DNA of 64,000 nucleotides from Promethearchaeota archaeon. Lineage in GTDB: Archaea; Asgardarchaeota; Lokiarchaeia; Sigyniarchaeales; SOKP01. Below the pieces are notes generated by a model that did no database searches, had not been told where the DNA came from, and worked only from the letters and a program-made list of their open reading frames with translations. Shown piece after piece: positions 29,942 through 38,343 of the stretch (positions within the stretch are counted from its first letter, which is position 1; every line of letters begins with the position of its first letter). The translations under genes were made by a program, and so were the position numbers. Location: NCBI GenBank assembly GCA_048941015.1, contig JBHLNZ010000002.1, positions 32,001 to 96,000 of the forward strand, given 5' to 3'.

Positions 29942-30403
29942 TTATCCTTGTTGCTTTCTTCTACTAAATAATTCCTTTAATTCCCCCATTATTGCACCTC
30001 TTAATGTTAAAGGGGTAGCAGGCCGAGCAGGACCAGGTCCTCCCGGAGGGCCGCCAGGTGGAGGTGGAGGACCGCCAGGTGGACCACCAGGTGGTGGCAG
30101 AGGGCCGCCAGGTGGACCACTAGATGGAGGAGGAGCGCTAACAGGTGCAGATGGAGTGGATACCATAGGGGTAGCTCCAGCACCTCTTGTCTTTAAAGCT
30201 GCCACGTCATTATTCATAGTATTGATTCTAGATTCCAGATTGGAAATTTTTTGATTCAAAGTTGCTAAGGATTGATCGACCAAATCAGGAATCCTTAAAA
30301 TCATCATCATCATTTTTTCGACAATGTCTCCAAACGCATTTAATTTTTCTTCAATTGGGGCTCTTCGTGTCTCTTGCATAAAATTTGCGAATTCTTCTGC
30401 CAT
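29942..30403 (-). CDS. Coiled-coil + polyproline + C-terminal amphipathic/basic helix protein (WAVE/WASH/VASP-like architecture)
   Basis: LATLNQKISNLESRI coil; (G)GPPGGP-rich tract; GAIMGELKELFSRRK terminus; SD-like GAGAGGA upstream. Confidence 0.75.
   Translation of the reverse strand: MAEEFANFMQETRRAPIEEKLNAFGDIVEKMMMMILRIPDLVDQSLATLNQKISNLESRINTMNNDVAALKTRGAGATPMVSTPSAPVSAPPPSSGPPGGPLPPPGGPPGGPPPPPGGPPGGPGPARPATPLTLRGAIMGELKELFSRRKQQG
30029..30134 (-). repeat. GC-rich imperfect repeat encoding GPPGGP/PPPPP units
   Basis: Recurrent ccgccaggtgga/ccaccaggtgg units within the 153-aa CDS. Confidence 0.7.
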
Positions 30404-30548
30404 TTTCCTCTCTCAATAGTTATTAATATTGAATACGACTAGTATTTTTTTTTAATAATTATATATTTGATATGTTTAATAAATTTAAGTTCATCTGAAT
30501 TAGTAGAAATTCAAGTTACAATTATAAAAAAAATAGATTATTTTAAAT

Positions 30549-31181
30549 TTAACTTGATTTGTTAACTGAATTTTTTAAAATTATCCATAAATTATCAAGT
30601 TCATCTCTTACTTCTATAAATTGGTGGATCTTTTTAAGAAGAACATCTCTCGCCCGATCAAAATCTCTTTGAAAATCGTTTAATTCGGCTTCTAAAAGCT
30701 TCATTTTATCGCCTTCCATTAAGTCATTTTTTTTCTTTTCAACTGTTAGAGCTTTTTTAATAACAGCAGCTCTTTTGTTTGCAACTTCAATTAAAGCATC
30801 GGCTAATTCTTCTTTCTTTTGAATGAAATATTCCTTATTTACAATTAAATTTTTGATAGCATCAATATAGCCATTATTAACTTTAATATATTCTTCATTT
30901 TTTCGAATGATATCATGAAATAGATTTACTTCTTCATCTTTTACATTAGCTCTTTTCTCTCTTACTAAAGTTTGCATTTGTTTTAAAACATCACGAAAAG
31001 ATCTATTAAGCATATCTCGTTCGACATTAGCTTTAGTTAAATCATCAGCATACTTTTTTTGAGAACTAATTAGAGCGCTTTGGGCTTTTGCCAATTTTTT
31101 AATTTCTTTAACTAGATCTTTTTCCATACTGGCTAATTCCAGTTCATCTTCATGGGTGATTATAGGACTCATTTTAGACAT
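30549..31181 (-). CDS. All-helical 210-aa protein, BAR-domain-like
   Basis: Three long amphipathic helices; the C-terminal KRAAVIKK...EKKKNDL..DKMKLLEAELNDFQRDFDRAR pattern resembles SNX/Vps5 BAR helices 2-3. Confidence 0.5.
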   Translation of the reverse strand: MSKMSPIITHEDELELASMEKDLVKEIKKLAKAQSALISSQKKYADDLTKANVERDMLNRSFRDVLKQMQTLVREKRANVKDEEVNLFHDIIRKNEEYIKVNNGYIDAIKNLIVNKEYFIQKKEELADALIEVANKRAAVIKKALTVEKKKNDLMEGDKMKLLEAELNDFQRDFDRARDVLLKKIHQFIEVRDELDNLWIILKNSVNKSS

Positions 31182-31255
31182 TTTATATTTAACAAATTTT
31201 AATATTATTCTTATGTAAATTCTTAATTATATTTTTTAGTCTTTTTTTAATTTGA

Positions 31256-32293
31256 CTATGTTATTGGATATGATGCTGTTAAAATATTATCCTTATAATT
31301 TGCTTTGATTACTTTCGCTTTAATTACTTTCCCTATTAGATCTTCAGAAAAAGTTAATGGTCTTTTTAGCAGTACTTTTATACCAACATTGTTATTAATT
31401 TTACCAATACATTCCCAATTCCACCTACCTTGTGAGACAATCTGTAGGTTTATAAGATCATTTTTTTTTAAAGCTGAAGAATACGAAGTAGTTCGTTTAT
31501 GTATTCCAAAATCTTTTGGACCTAGTTTCAATTTAATATTATATTTTTTTTCTAATTTCGACAGATATTTATAAAAATAATCCCAAGATTTGGGACGGAT
31601 TTTTTTCAATTTTCTTCCAGTTTTATATATTAAATATTTTTGAATGCCTATTTGAATTTTGAGTTCAGAATAACCTTCATTACGTAAATTTAAAACATAT
31701 TGAATTATTTCTTCAATATCCAAGTCATTTACACCAGGAAACCAGACTGGAGCAATTAAAACATTAATATTGGTGTTTAATAGAGTTTCAATGTTTTTAA
31801 TAACTTTGTGTAGATCATAATTCGAACAATCACATAAATAGTATGCTAAATCTTCATTTAATGTGTTTAAACTTATGTTGATACGAGTTAGGTTGTTATT
31901 ATTTAACATTTGAATGTTTTTTGAATTAAGCATTATCCCATTACTTTGCATAGAAACAACTTTTATTCCTTTAACATTCCATAGCTCACTTAAGAGTTTA
32001 AATAAATCTGGATAAAGTAGTATTTCACCATACGGAGCAATATGAATTTCTATATCATGATATCCTTTTATTTTCACTAAAGATTTTACTTTTTTTATAA
32101 GGTATTTATATTCAACTATAAAATTAGTATGATAATCACCAGCTTTTACAAAACAGTATTTGCATTTGAGGTTACATAAAGTTATAGGTTTAAGTTCAAT
32201 TATATTTGTCCCACGATCAATTAAACCGATAAAATCTACACCCATTATGGGGATATTAGAATTCTCATCAATATGAATAAAATTATTTATCAT
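31256..32293 (-). CDS. Archaeal radical SAM protein (COG2100-like)
   Basis: GLIDRGTNIIE, CNLKCKYC, C-terminal beta domain. Confidence 0.85.
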   Translation of the reverse strand: MINNFIHIDENSNIPIMGVDFIGLIDRGTNIIELKPITLCNLKCKYCFVKAGDYHTNFIVEYKYLIKKVKSLVKIKGYHDIEIHIAPYGEILLYPDLFKLLSELWNVKGIKVVSMQSNGIMLNSKNIQMLNNNNLTRINISLNTLNEDLAYYLCDCSNYDLHKVIKNIETLLNTNINVLIAPVWFPGVNDLDIEEIIQYVLNLRNEGYSELKIQIGIQKYLIYKTGRKLKKIRPKSWDYFYKYLSKLEKKYNIKLKLGPKDFGIHKRTTSYSSALKKNDLINLQIVSQGRWNWECIGKINNNVGIKVLLKRPLTFSEDLIGKVIKAKVIKANYKDNILTASYPIT

Positions 32294-32319
32294 TTCTATT
32301 AAAAATTTATACTTATTAC

Positions 32320-33393
32320 TTAATTTTTATATCGTAAAATAGCAACAAGAGATCCTAAGTCTTTAATTTGTTTCCCCGTTGGATGATCACTACTGAGAAT
32401 ATGAATTTTACCTCCCTGATTTTCAACATCAGTCAGAATCTTCTCAATTTTGAGTTTTTGATCTTTGGTTGCCCCTCTAATTAAAATATCGACACAAAAT
32501 AATTCCTTAATTGCTCCCTTTTGGGCAGCTTTAGATACTTCATTGGAACCAATAGCAATCATATCAGGATCAGTCCCTAATAACATAAGAATTTCTTCAA
32601 TTTTTTCAGACTCTTGTAAAATTCTTATATTCTTTTTTATTGAGATTAAATCTTTTGATTTTAGAGTTTCTAAAATTCCACTTTCGGTCCCTGAACTTGC
32701 ATGAATACTCTTTATTATTGAGAGATATTCTGGATTGGATTTTTCCTTAATGTATTTGATAAAAAGATCACGTGTATTGCCAGGTCCACATATTACTATT
32801 AAATTTATTTGAATATCATTTGATTTTTCATCAATAATTTTCTTTATAATAGAAAAAAATTCTTCTAAAGCCTTTTTACGATGTGATTGTTCATATCTTT
32901 TTCCAGGAATCGTTTTTTTTACTGTAGCTATCTTATTATGACTGAAATTCGTTATTAACTCTATAGTAGATAAACCTGTTTCAATGGCAATCATAAGAAT
33001 TATAAAATTACTCTCAAATTTAGAGGATTCTTTTAAACGTTTTAATTCACTTCTAAGCCATTCTTCCTTAATAATTGTTAATGTTTGTCCAATTTCTATA
33101 TTAAAAGTATGATAAGTTCCGAAGCTAACAAAATCTTCTGGACCTTCTAAAATTGTTCCTTTAACTCTTAACCTATTTGAAAATTCATGAAACGATACTG
33201 CCTCTACTTTCAATTTTAGTGTCATGGGTTTTCTTTCTCCTTTTGATCCTTCTTTTAAGACAACTCTCCTATGGGTTCGAGCTATAACTTTATCATTTTC
33301 TGAAATTAAGTTGTAAAGCGTCCAAAGATCGTTCAGACTCTCCACTTTAACAGTGATCTCTTGAGTTTTTTTGTTAATTTCCAGAATTTTCAA
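32320..33393 (-). CDS. pelA: Pelota/Dom34 ribosome rescue factor
   Basis: ESLNDLWTLYNLI, FHEFSNRLRVKG, YHT, IPGKR, AILRY. Confidence 0.93.
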   Translation of the reverse strand: MKILEINKKTQEITVKVESLNDLWTLYNLISENDKVIARTHRRVVLKEGSKGERKPMTLKLKVEAVSFHEFSNRLRVKGTILEGPEDFVSFGTYHTFNIEIGQTLTIIKEEWLRSELKRLKESSKFESNFIILMIAIETGLSTIELITNFSHNKIATVKKTIPGKRYEQSHRKKALEEFFSIIKKIIDEKSNDIQINLIVICGPGNTRDLFIKYIKEKSNPEYLSIIKSIHASSGTESGILETLKSKDLISIKKNIRILQESEKIEEILMLLGTDPDMIAIGSNEVSKAAQKGAIKELFCVDILIRGATKDQKLKIEKILTDVENQGGKIHILSSDHPTGKQIKDLGSLVAILRYKN

Positions 33394-33527
33394 ATTTTAT
33401 ACCAATCTTAATAGATGATTTGCGATAATTAAAAGTAGTGATGTATATTTCAAAAGGTTAATTTTGTCTAAAATAAGATAATTTGAAGATAATAAAAAAA
33501 TAAATAAAAAAGCTGTTAACAATTAAA

Positions 33528-33680
33528 TTATTCATTTGCTCCAAGAGCTTGCTTTACTTTTTCCAACTCTTCCATACGTTTCTTTTTCTCTTCTTCGCGG
33601 CGTTTTAATTCCTCCTCATCTACTTTTTGTAGACTGACTCCTTTCTTAATCTCTTCCTGCAATTCTTTATCTATAGGCAT
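33528..33680 (-). CDS. 50-aa WH2-motif microprotein (below the ORF-track cutoff)
   Basis: Manual translation MPIDKELQEEIKKGVSLQKVDEEELKRREEEKKKRMEELEKVKQALGANE*; upstream AAGGTGTTGAGGA SD-like sequence; higher GC than the flanks. Confidence 0.75.
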   Translation of the reverse strand: MPIDKELQEEIKKGVSLQKVDEEELKRREEEKKKRMEELEKVKQALGANE

Positions 33681-33782
33681 TCCTCAACACCTTTTTTTAA
33701 TAAAATTTGAGAATCTGTTAATATATTTTTATACCAATATTAAAAAAATCTTTATTTTTAAGTTTAAGTTTATAGAAAAACT

Positions 33783-34238
33783 CTAAAATTTTAATTCCAT
33801 CAAATAAGCGCTTTCTTTTTGACGATAATACTGTTCAATTTTACCTATTATACGGAAATTGAATTTCTTATATAAATCTATTGCACTTACATTTGTAGTT
33901 TTAACATTTAAAATAATCCTTTTAACTCCTTTTATTTTTTTAATCCGTTCTAGCGTTTTGTTTAAAAGAAGTGAACCATATCCTAGTTTTTGAAATTTCT
34001 TTTGAATAACAAAATTAATTATATTTACTCTGTCTTCATCATCTTTTATAGCAATGACGAAACCAATGATCTTTTTACTTAAGTTATTGTCTTCGATTTT
34101 TAAAAATAAAGTATTTTGTAAGATTAGTTTTTTTATTGTTTCTCTTGAAAATGCATCTTCTCTAAACATTTTTTTTTCTATTTTGATAAGTTGTTCTAAA
34201 TCATTCAATTCAACACGTTCAATCATCATTAGAATCAA
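33783..34238 (-). CDS. rimI: RimI/Ard1-like GNAT N-acetyltransferase
   Basis: FQKLGYGSLLL, LNVKTTNVSAIDLYKKFNF, YY...AYLM. Confidence 0.8.
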   Translation of the reverse strand: MILMMIERVELNDLEQLIKIEKKMFREDAFSRETIKKLILQNTLFLKIEDNNLSKKIIGFVIAIKDDEDRVNIINFVIQKKFQKLGYGSLLLNKTLERIKKIKGVKRIILNVKTTNVSAIDLYKKFNFRIIGKIEQYYRQKESAYLMELKF

Positions 34239-35370
34239 TCTCTGCTTTGAAAATCTTAATTGGGGTTTTTTCAGTGATTTGACAGTAATCTGCTTCTCTA
34301 AAAGGAGTAATCTCCATAATATATCCTTCCAATTTTTTTGAATCTATTAATTCTATAAAATTTTTATCAATAGCGACACTTATCGGCAATTTTATGGCTT
34401 GATTACTAAATAATAAATACTTTTTAGGAATTTTAAACTTTTTTAAAAGAAAATTACGTAATTCTATTAGTTTATTAATATTTCCTTCAATTTGAGCATA
34501 CATTAAAAGCCCTTCTTTATTTATAACTTCGTAAGGTTCTTTAATTTTTTTAGCTCGACGGCTATATCTTTCCTTTAATTGCCAATAATCTTTAGCAATT
34601 ATGGGACAAAAATGTATTTTTATGGAAACTTTATGGGCAATTCGTTCTATAAACTCAAGAGCCATTTCTTTACTATTTTCAACTGAAGCGATAGTTCCAT
34701 CTTTTAGTTTAAAACCCTTCTCTTTCAGGTACCTACTATTGGGAAAACAATACTCAAATTCATTGAGATTAATAAAATCTGCTCCTATCTTATCCAAATA
34801 AAATGTGAATTCTTCTAATTCATTAGCATATTTTCTTAAAGGAATCATAGGAACTTCTGCTCCAACTGACATTTTTTTCTTCAATGCATACTTAATAACG
34901 CCCCAATTTTCTTTTGAAGGGTTGAATCTAATTTCATCTAGGCCAGCTTGACTAAGCTCATTTGCGATTGCTTCACTAAATCCTAATCCATTTGTATAAA
35001 GATGAATATGAAACTTCTTTCCTTTTTCAGTTTTTAAAAATTTTATATATTTAAGCGTTTTTTCTAAATTTGGTTTAAACAAAGGATCGCCACCCGTAAC
35101 ACTAACTCCTTTTGCACCAGTTTTGTCAATTTCATCCAATAATTGCTCAATTTGAGTGATTTTTATTTCATTTATGAAAGTAGAATTTTTACCTTTTCTC
35201 TCTTCAGATATTGGGCAATACCACCAACAATGCTCCGGATCCTGACATAAACCATTTAAAAATAATACTGCTTTTTCTCCATTAAGACACTGTTGGCATC
35301 CTTTGGGGATCCCTCTCCTTTTTAAATAATATGTTTGGGCTTTCGATTTAATTATAATGGATTTAGTCAT
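34219..35370 (-). CDS. Archaeal radical SAM protein (COG2108-like)
   Basis: GIPKGCQQC..GEKAVLF, CQDPEHCWWYCP, TGGDP, HIHLYT, GLDEIRF. Confidence 0.85.
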   Translation of the reverse strand: MTKSIIIKSKAQTYYLKRRGIPKGCQQCLNGEKAVLFLNGLCQDPEHCWWYCPISEERKGKNSTFINEIKITQIEQLLDEIDKTGAKGVSVTGGDPLFKPNLEKTLKYIKFLKTEKGKKFHIHLYTNGLGFSEAIANELSQAGLDEIRFNPSKENWGVIKYALKKKMSVGAEVPMIPLRKYANELEEFTFYLDKIGADFINLNEFEYCFPNSRYLKEKGFKLKDGTIASVENSKEMALEFIERIAHKVSIKIHFCPIIAKDYWQLKERYSRRAKKIKEPYEVINKEGLLMYAQIEGNINKLIELRNFLLKKFKIPKKYLLFSNQAIKLPISVAIDKNFIELIDSKKLEGYIMEITPFREADYCQITEKTPIKIFKAEIDSNDD

Positions 35371-36074
35371 CTTAAATATAGCTTTTTCCTTATAATTGAT
35401 TTTTTATCTGCTAATTTTTTTAAAACTTCTTCGGTTGATTCATTAATGCTAAGCTGACGTTTTAAAAAAACTCCTGTTTTACCATGCTTTTCTCTTCTAA
35501 GTAGGACTTTCTTCCGATCTAAAATAGTCTCAATGCTTACATTTATTTCTTTAGCAACTAAATGTTCATTACCTATAACTGAATATTCATCATATCCTTT
35601 TGGATTTGGTTTAATAAGTACTAACCTCTTATCTATACCTGGGATTCTATCATTACTTTTTAAACCCTTAATATCTAATTTTCCTCCAAAATCATAAAAT
35701 TCCATCGATTTTTTATCAAATCTAGAAAGTGGGAGAGTTATACTTTCTAATTCGCTTAAATATATGTATAATTTAACTGAATCATTGGGAGTTGCCATAA
35801 CTATTTCTCTATGGTAATTAGAAAAACCATTTTTTTGTAATATATATTCGATTTGATAAGAAGGAATTAATTGAGGGATAATAATATCTATATCACTATC
35901 TTGATGAACATCCCCACGAGCAATGCTTCCAAAAATAAATGCCTTAATCCCTTCGTTTTCAAATAAGTTTAATAAGCGAAGAGAAGCTTTACGTTTTTGA
36001 TTTAGTAAATTCCAATCCGATTTTGTAAAAAAAACAGTATTATTATAATTTTTTAAAATTTTTCCTCTTAGCAT
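35367..36074 (-). CDS. Archaeal Pol-beta-type nucleotidyltransferase (COG2413-like)
   Basis: FGSIARGDVHQDSDID, EFYDFGG, GIDKRL, GKTGVF. Confidence 0.85.
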   Translation of the reverse strand: MLRGKILKNYNNTVFFTKSDWNLLNQKRKASLRLLNLFENEGIKAFIFGSIARGDVHQDSDIDIIIPQLIPSYQIEYILQKNGFSNYHREIVMATPNDSVKLYIYLSELESITLPLSRFDKKSMEFYDFGGKLDIKGLKSNDRIPGIDKRLVLIKPNPKGYDEYSVIGNEHLVAKEINVSIETILDRKKVLLRREKHGKTGVFLKRQLSINESTEEVLKKLADKKSIIRKKLYLR

Positions 36075-36082
36075 AATTTCAA

Positions 36083-36913
36083 TTATTTTTTCTGGAAATT
36101 ATTATTCATTTTCTCTATAAGAAATATAATTTTACTTAAAAGAATAGTCTCATAATACTTAAAGGAGCCACTGGCTTCTATTATCATAAATTTAAATAAA
36201 TCCTTATTATATGGAAAAATTTTAGTCTTAAAACTTTTAAGATTTAAATTTTTTAAAAAAAGATTTGAACGAGCGCTAAATATGATTTTTAAATGCTTTT
36301 TTGAGAGGTTTAAATCCTTGAGAGCTAAGATATTCTTCACATTCGACTCATTGATTCGAGGATTAATTAGAAATAGCCCAGTAGAATGAATATCACTTAA
36401 AAAAAAATTGAATGAAAGAAAGCATTTTCCATAATTAATTAAGACATATTTAGAATTCAAAATTTTATTATTATTAGCAAAAATTTTCATAATCGTCGTG
36501 CCAAATTTTTCAATATTTTTTTTATTTTCTTCAATCAAAAATGTTTCATGAATTTTTTTTATATATATATTAATAACGTTAAATCCGTAGCTTGAAAGTC
36601 CCTCAGTTAATATCTTAGTTATTTTTTTCTTTCTATTAGTTCTTATAATGATTATAGAAGGCCTTGCTAAAGCTTGTTCTTTAAATTTCGAATTTTCTAT
36701 TAAATTTAAGTTTTTTATCTTAATTGTTGTCCTGTTATAATTAAATTGTAATATTATTTTATAGTTGCTTCTAATTAAAGATTCATTAGATAATGAATAT
36801 CTCCATCTACTTAATCCTTTGAAAATTTTGACTCCTATTAAAAATAGAATTAAAAAAAAAATTAGAATTAAATCAATTAAAATCCAGTTTAAACGAAAGA
36901 TGTTAAATGGCAT
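36083..36913 (-). CDS. Membrane-anchored hypothetical protein (degenerate alpha/beta-hydrolase-like)
   Basis: N-terminal TM helix; LSSYGFNVI and LFLINP segments; no GxSxG. Confidence 0.5.
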   Translation of the reverse strand: MPFNIFRLNWILIDLILIFFLILFLIGVKIFKGLSRWRYSLSNESLIRSNYKIILQFNYNRTTIKIKNLNLIENSKFKEQALARPSIIIIRTNRKKKITKILTEGLSSYGFNVINIYIKKIHETFLIEENKKNIEKFGTTIMKIFANNNKILNSKYVLINYGKCFLSFNFFLSDIHSTGLFLINPRINESNVKNILALKDLNLSKKHLKIIFSARSNLFLKNLNLKSFKTKIFPYNKDLFKFMIIEASGSFKYYETILLSKIIFLIEKMNNNFQKK

Positions 36914-36927
36914 TTCTTATTTATTAA

Positions 36928-37248
36928 TTATACTTGGTTAACAATAGATTGAATCCAATTTAGATATCTCTCAGAACCTTTTTCAATTTTAAATCCTATG
37001 CATTCTGGGTTCTCGTAACTGTGTATCTCATTGATTTTCTCAATAAGAATTTCGCTTTTTTTTCCTGTACTTTTAATTATTAGTAAGTGTTCATTATCTT
37101 GTTCAATGCATCCTTTCCAATGATATATAGAAAAAATATTTTGAATGATGTTTACACAAGCAGCGAGATGATTTTCTATAAGAACTTTTGCGATCCTTTT
37201 TCCTTCTTCAATATTTGGAACTGTGACAAAGAAAATATAATAGTTCAT
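36928..37248 (-). CDS. cutA: Divalent cation tolerance protein CutA
   Basis: LAACVNI, SIYHWKG, HSYENPE. Confidence 0.93.
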   Translation of the reverse strand: MNYYIFFVTVPNIEEGKRIAKVLIENHLAACVNIIQNIFSIYHWKGCIEQDNEHLLIIKSTGKKSEILIEKINEIHSYENPECIGFKIEKGSERYLNWIQSIVNQV

Positions 37249-37475
37249 AACTATCCTTATTTTATTTTGCAGATATTAAACTATTATTTGATTACAAATC
37301 ATATGAGATTTACGGTTTTTTACTTTATAAAAAAATAATCATTTAAAAGGCCTAAATAATTAATGAAGAAAAGTCTACTATTTTTCTTATAAAGAAATTT
37401 AAATTATTATAATTTTATTAAATATGCAATTAAGAAGAGAAAATAAAAAATCTAATAAAGGAGTTTGAAAAGACT

Positions 37476-38201
37476 TTGATTCATGCATTTTATCTTATTG
37501 ACCAGCACACGGGTATTTGCTTAATCCATAGGAAGTATGGAACAATTGAATTTAATCAAGATTTAGTATCAGGATTCCTAACAGCTCTTAAGGATTTTAG
37601 TATTGAATTTTCAAAAGGAAGTGGAGAATTGAAAATAATCGATATGCAAGTATTCTATTTACTATTAGTTTTTAAAGAGGGAATTCTTTGTACTGCTGCT
37701 GCTGATAAAAATGATGACGCAAAAATTACCCATAAAGCACTGAGCGATATAATTGATAAATTTGTAAGAGATTTTGGTGATAAAATTGAAACATGGGGCG
37801 GAGATGTTAGAATATTTAAGGGTTTTGAAGGTATTGTTGATGAGATCTTACACAGCGGAAAGATTGCTGAAATGCAGTTAAAAATCCCTATTTTAAAAAT
37901 TTTTGAAAAAGATTTCCTTAAGTCTCGAAAACTGTTGGCTAAAAAAGGTCTAATACTTTCTGAAGAAGACTTACGTAAAGTACAGCATCAAAAACCTAAT
38001 TGGACATTTAAGAGACTTCCAACGCAGGTAATAACTCAAGGTTTTTTAGATAATGAAATGTATAAGATAGCTCATCTAGCAGATGGTTTTCATACTATTT
38101 CCGATATTGCAGAGGAATCTGGTAAACCAGAGTCTGAGATTCAAGTTATGATAGATGATTTGGACGATTTAGGTTTATTAAAGTTTATTGAAATTAAATA
38201 A
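37476..38201 (+). CDS. Longin-domain protein with C-terminal winged helix (NPRL2-like architecture)
   Basis: MIHAFYLID..TGICL...DLVSGFLTALKDF longin pattern; C-terminal LADGFHTISDIAEES...DLDDLGLL. Confidence 0.7.
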   Translation: MIHAFYLIDQHTGICLIHRKYGTIEFNQDLVSGFLTALKDFSIEFSKGSGELKIIDMQVFYLLLVFKEGILCTAAADKNDDAKITHKALSDIIDKFVRDFGDKIETWGGDVRIFKGFEGIVDEILHSGKIAEMQLKIPILKIFEKDFLKSRKLLAKKGLILSEEDLRKVQHQKPNWTFKRLPTQVITQGFLDNEMYKIAHLADGFHTISDIAEESGKPESEIQVMIDDLDDLGLLKFIEIK

Positions 38202-38343
38202 TTTAAATTCTTCATATTCTATTTTTAACGGCTATGCTTATTCATTATTAATGAAAAGTAAAGCTAATTTGTGAATAATTATATCGGTTTCTATTTAATT
38301 AAATGATAAAATTTATGAAAATTATATTATTAAATACTTTAGG

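Noticed and set aside
30029-30134. GC-rich island as possible ncRNA, CRISPR or collagen repeat
   Set aside because: Explained by Pro/Gly codons; no spacers and no strict Gly-X-Y periodicity
29937-30254. Plus-strand Gly/Pro-rich 105-aa ORF
   Set aside because: Antisense mirror of the polyproline gene (GGN/CCN symmetry); the minus-strand ORF has the SD-like site and a coherent domain layout
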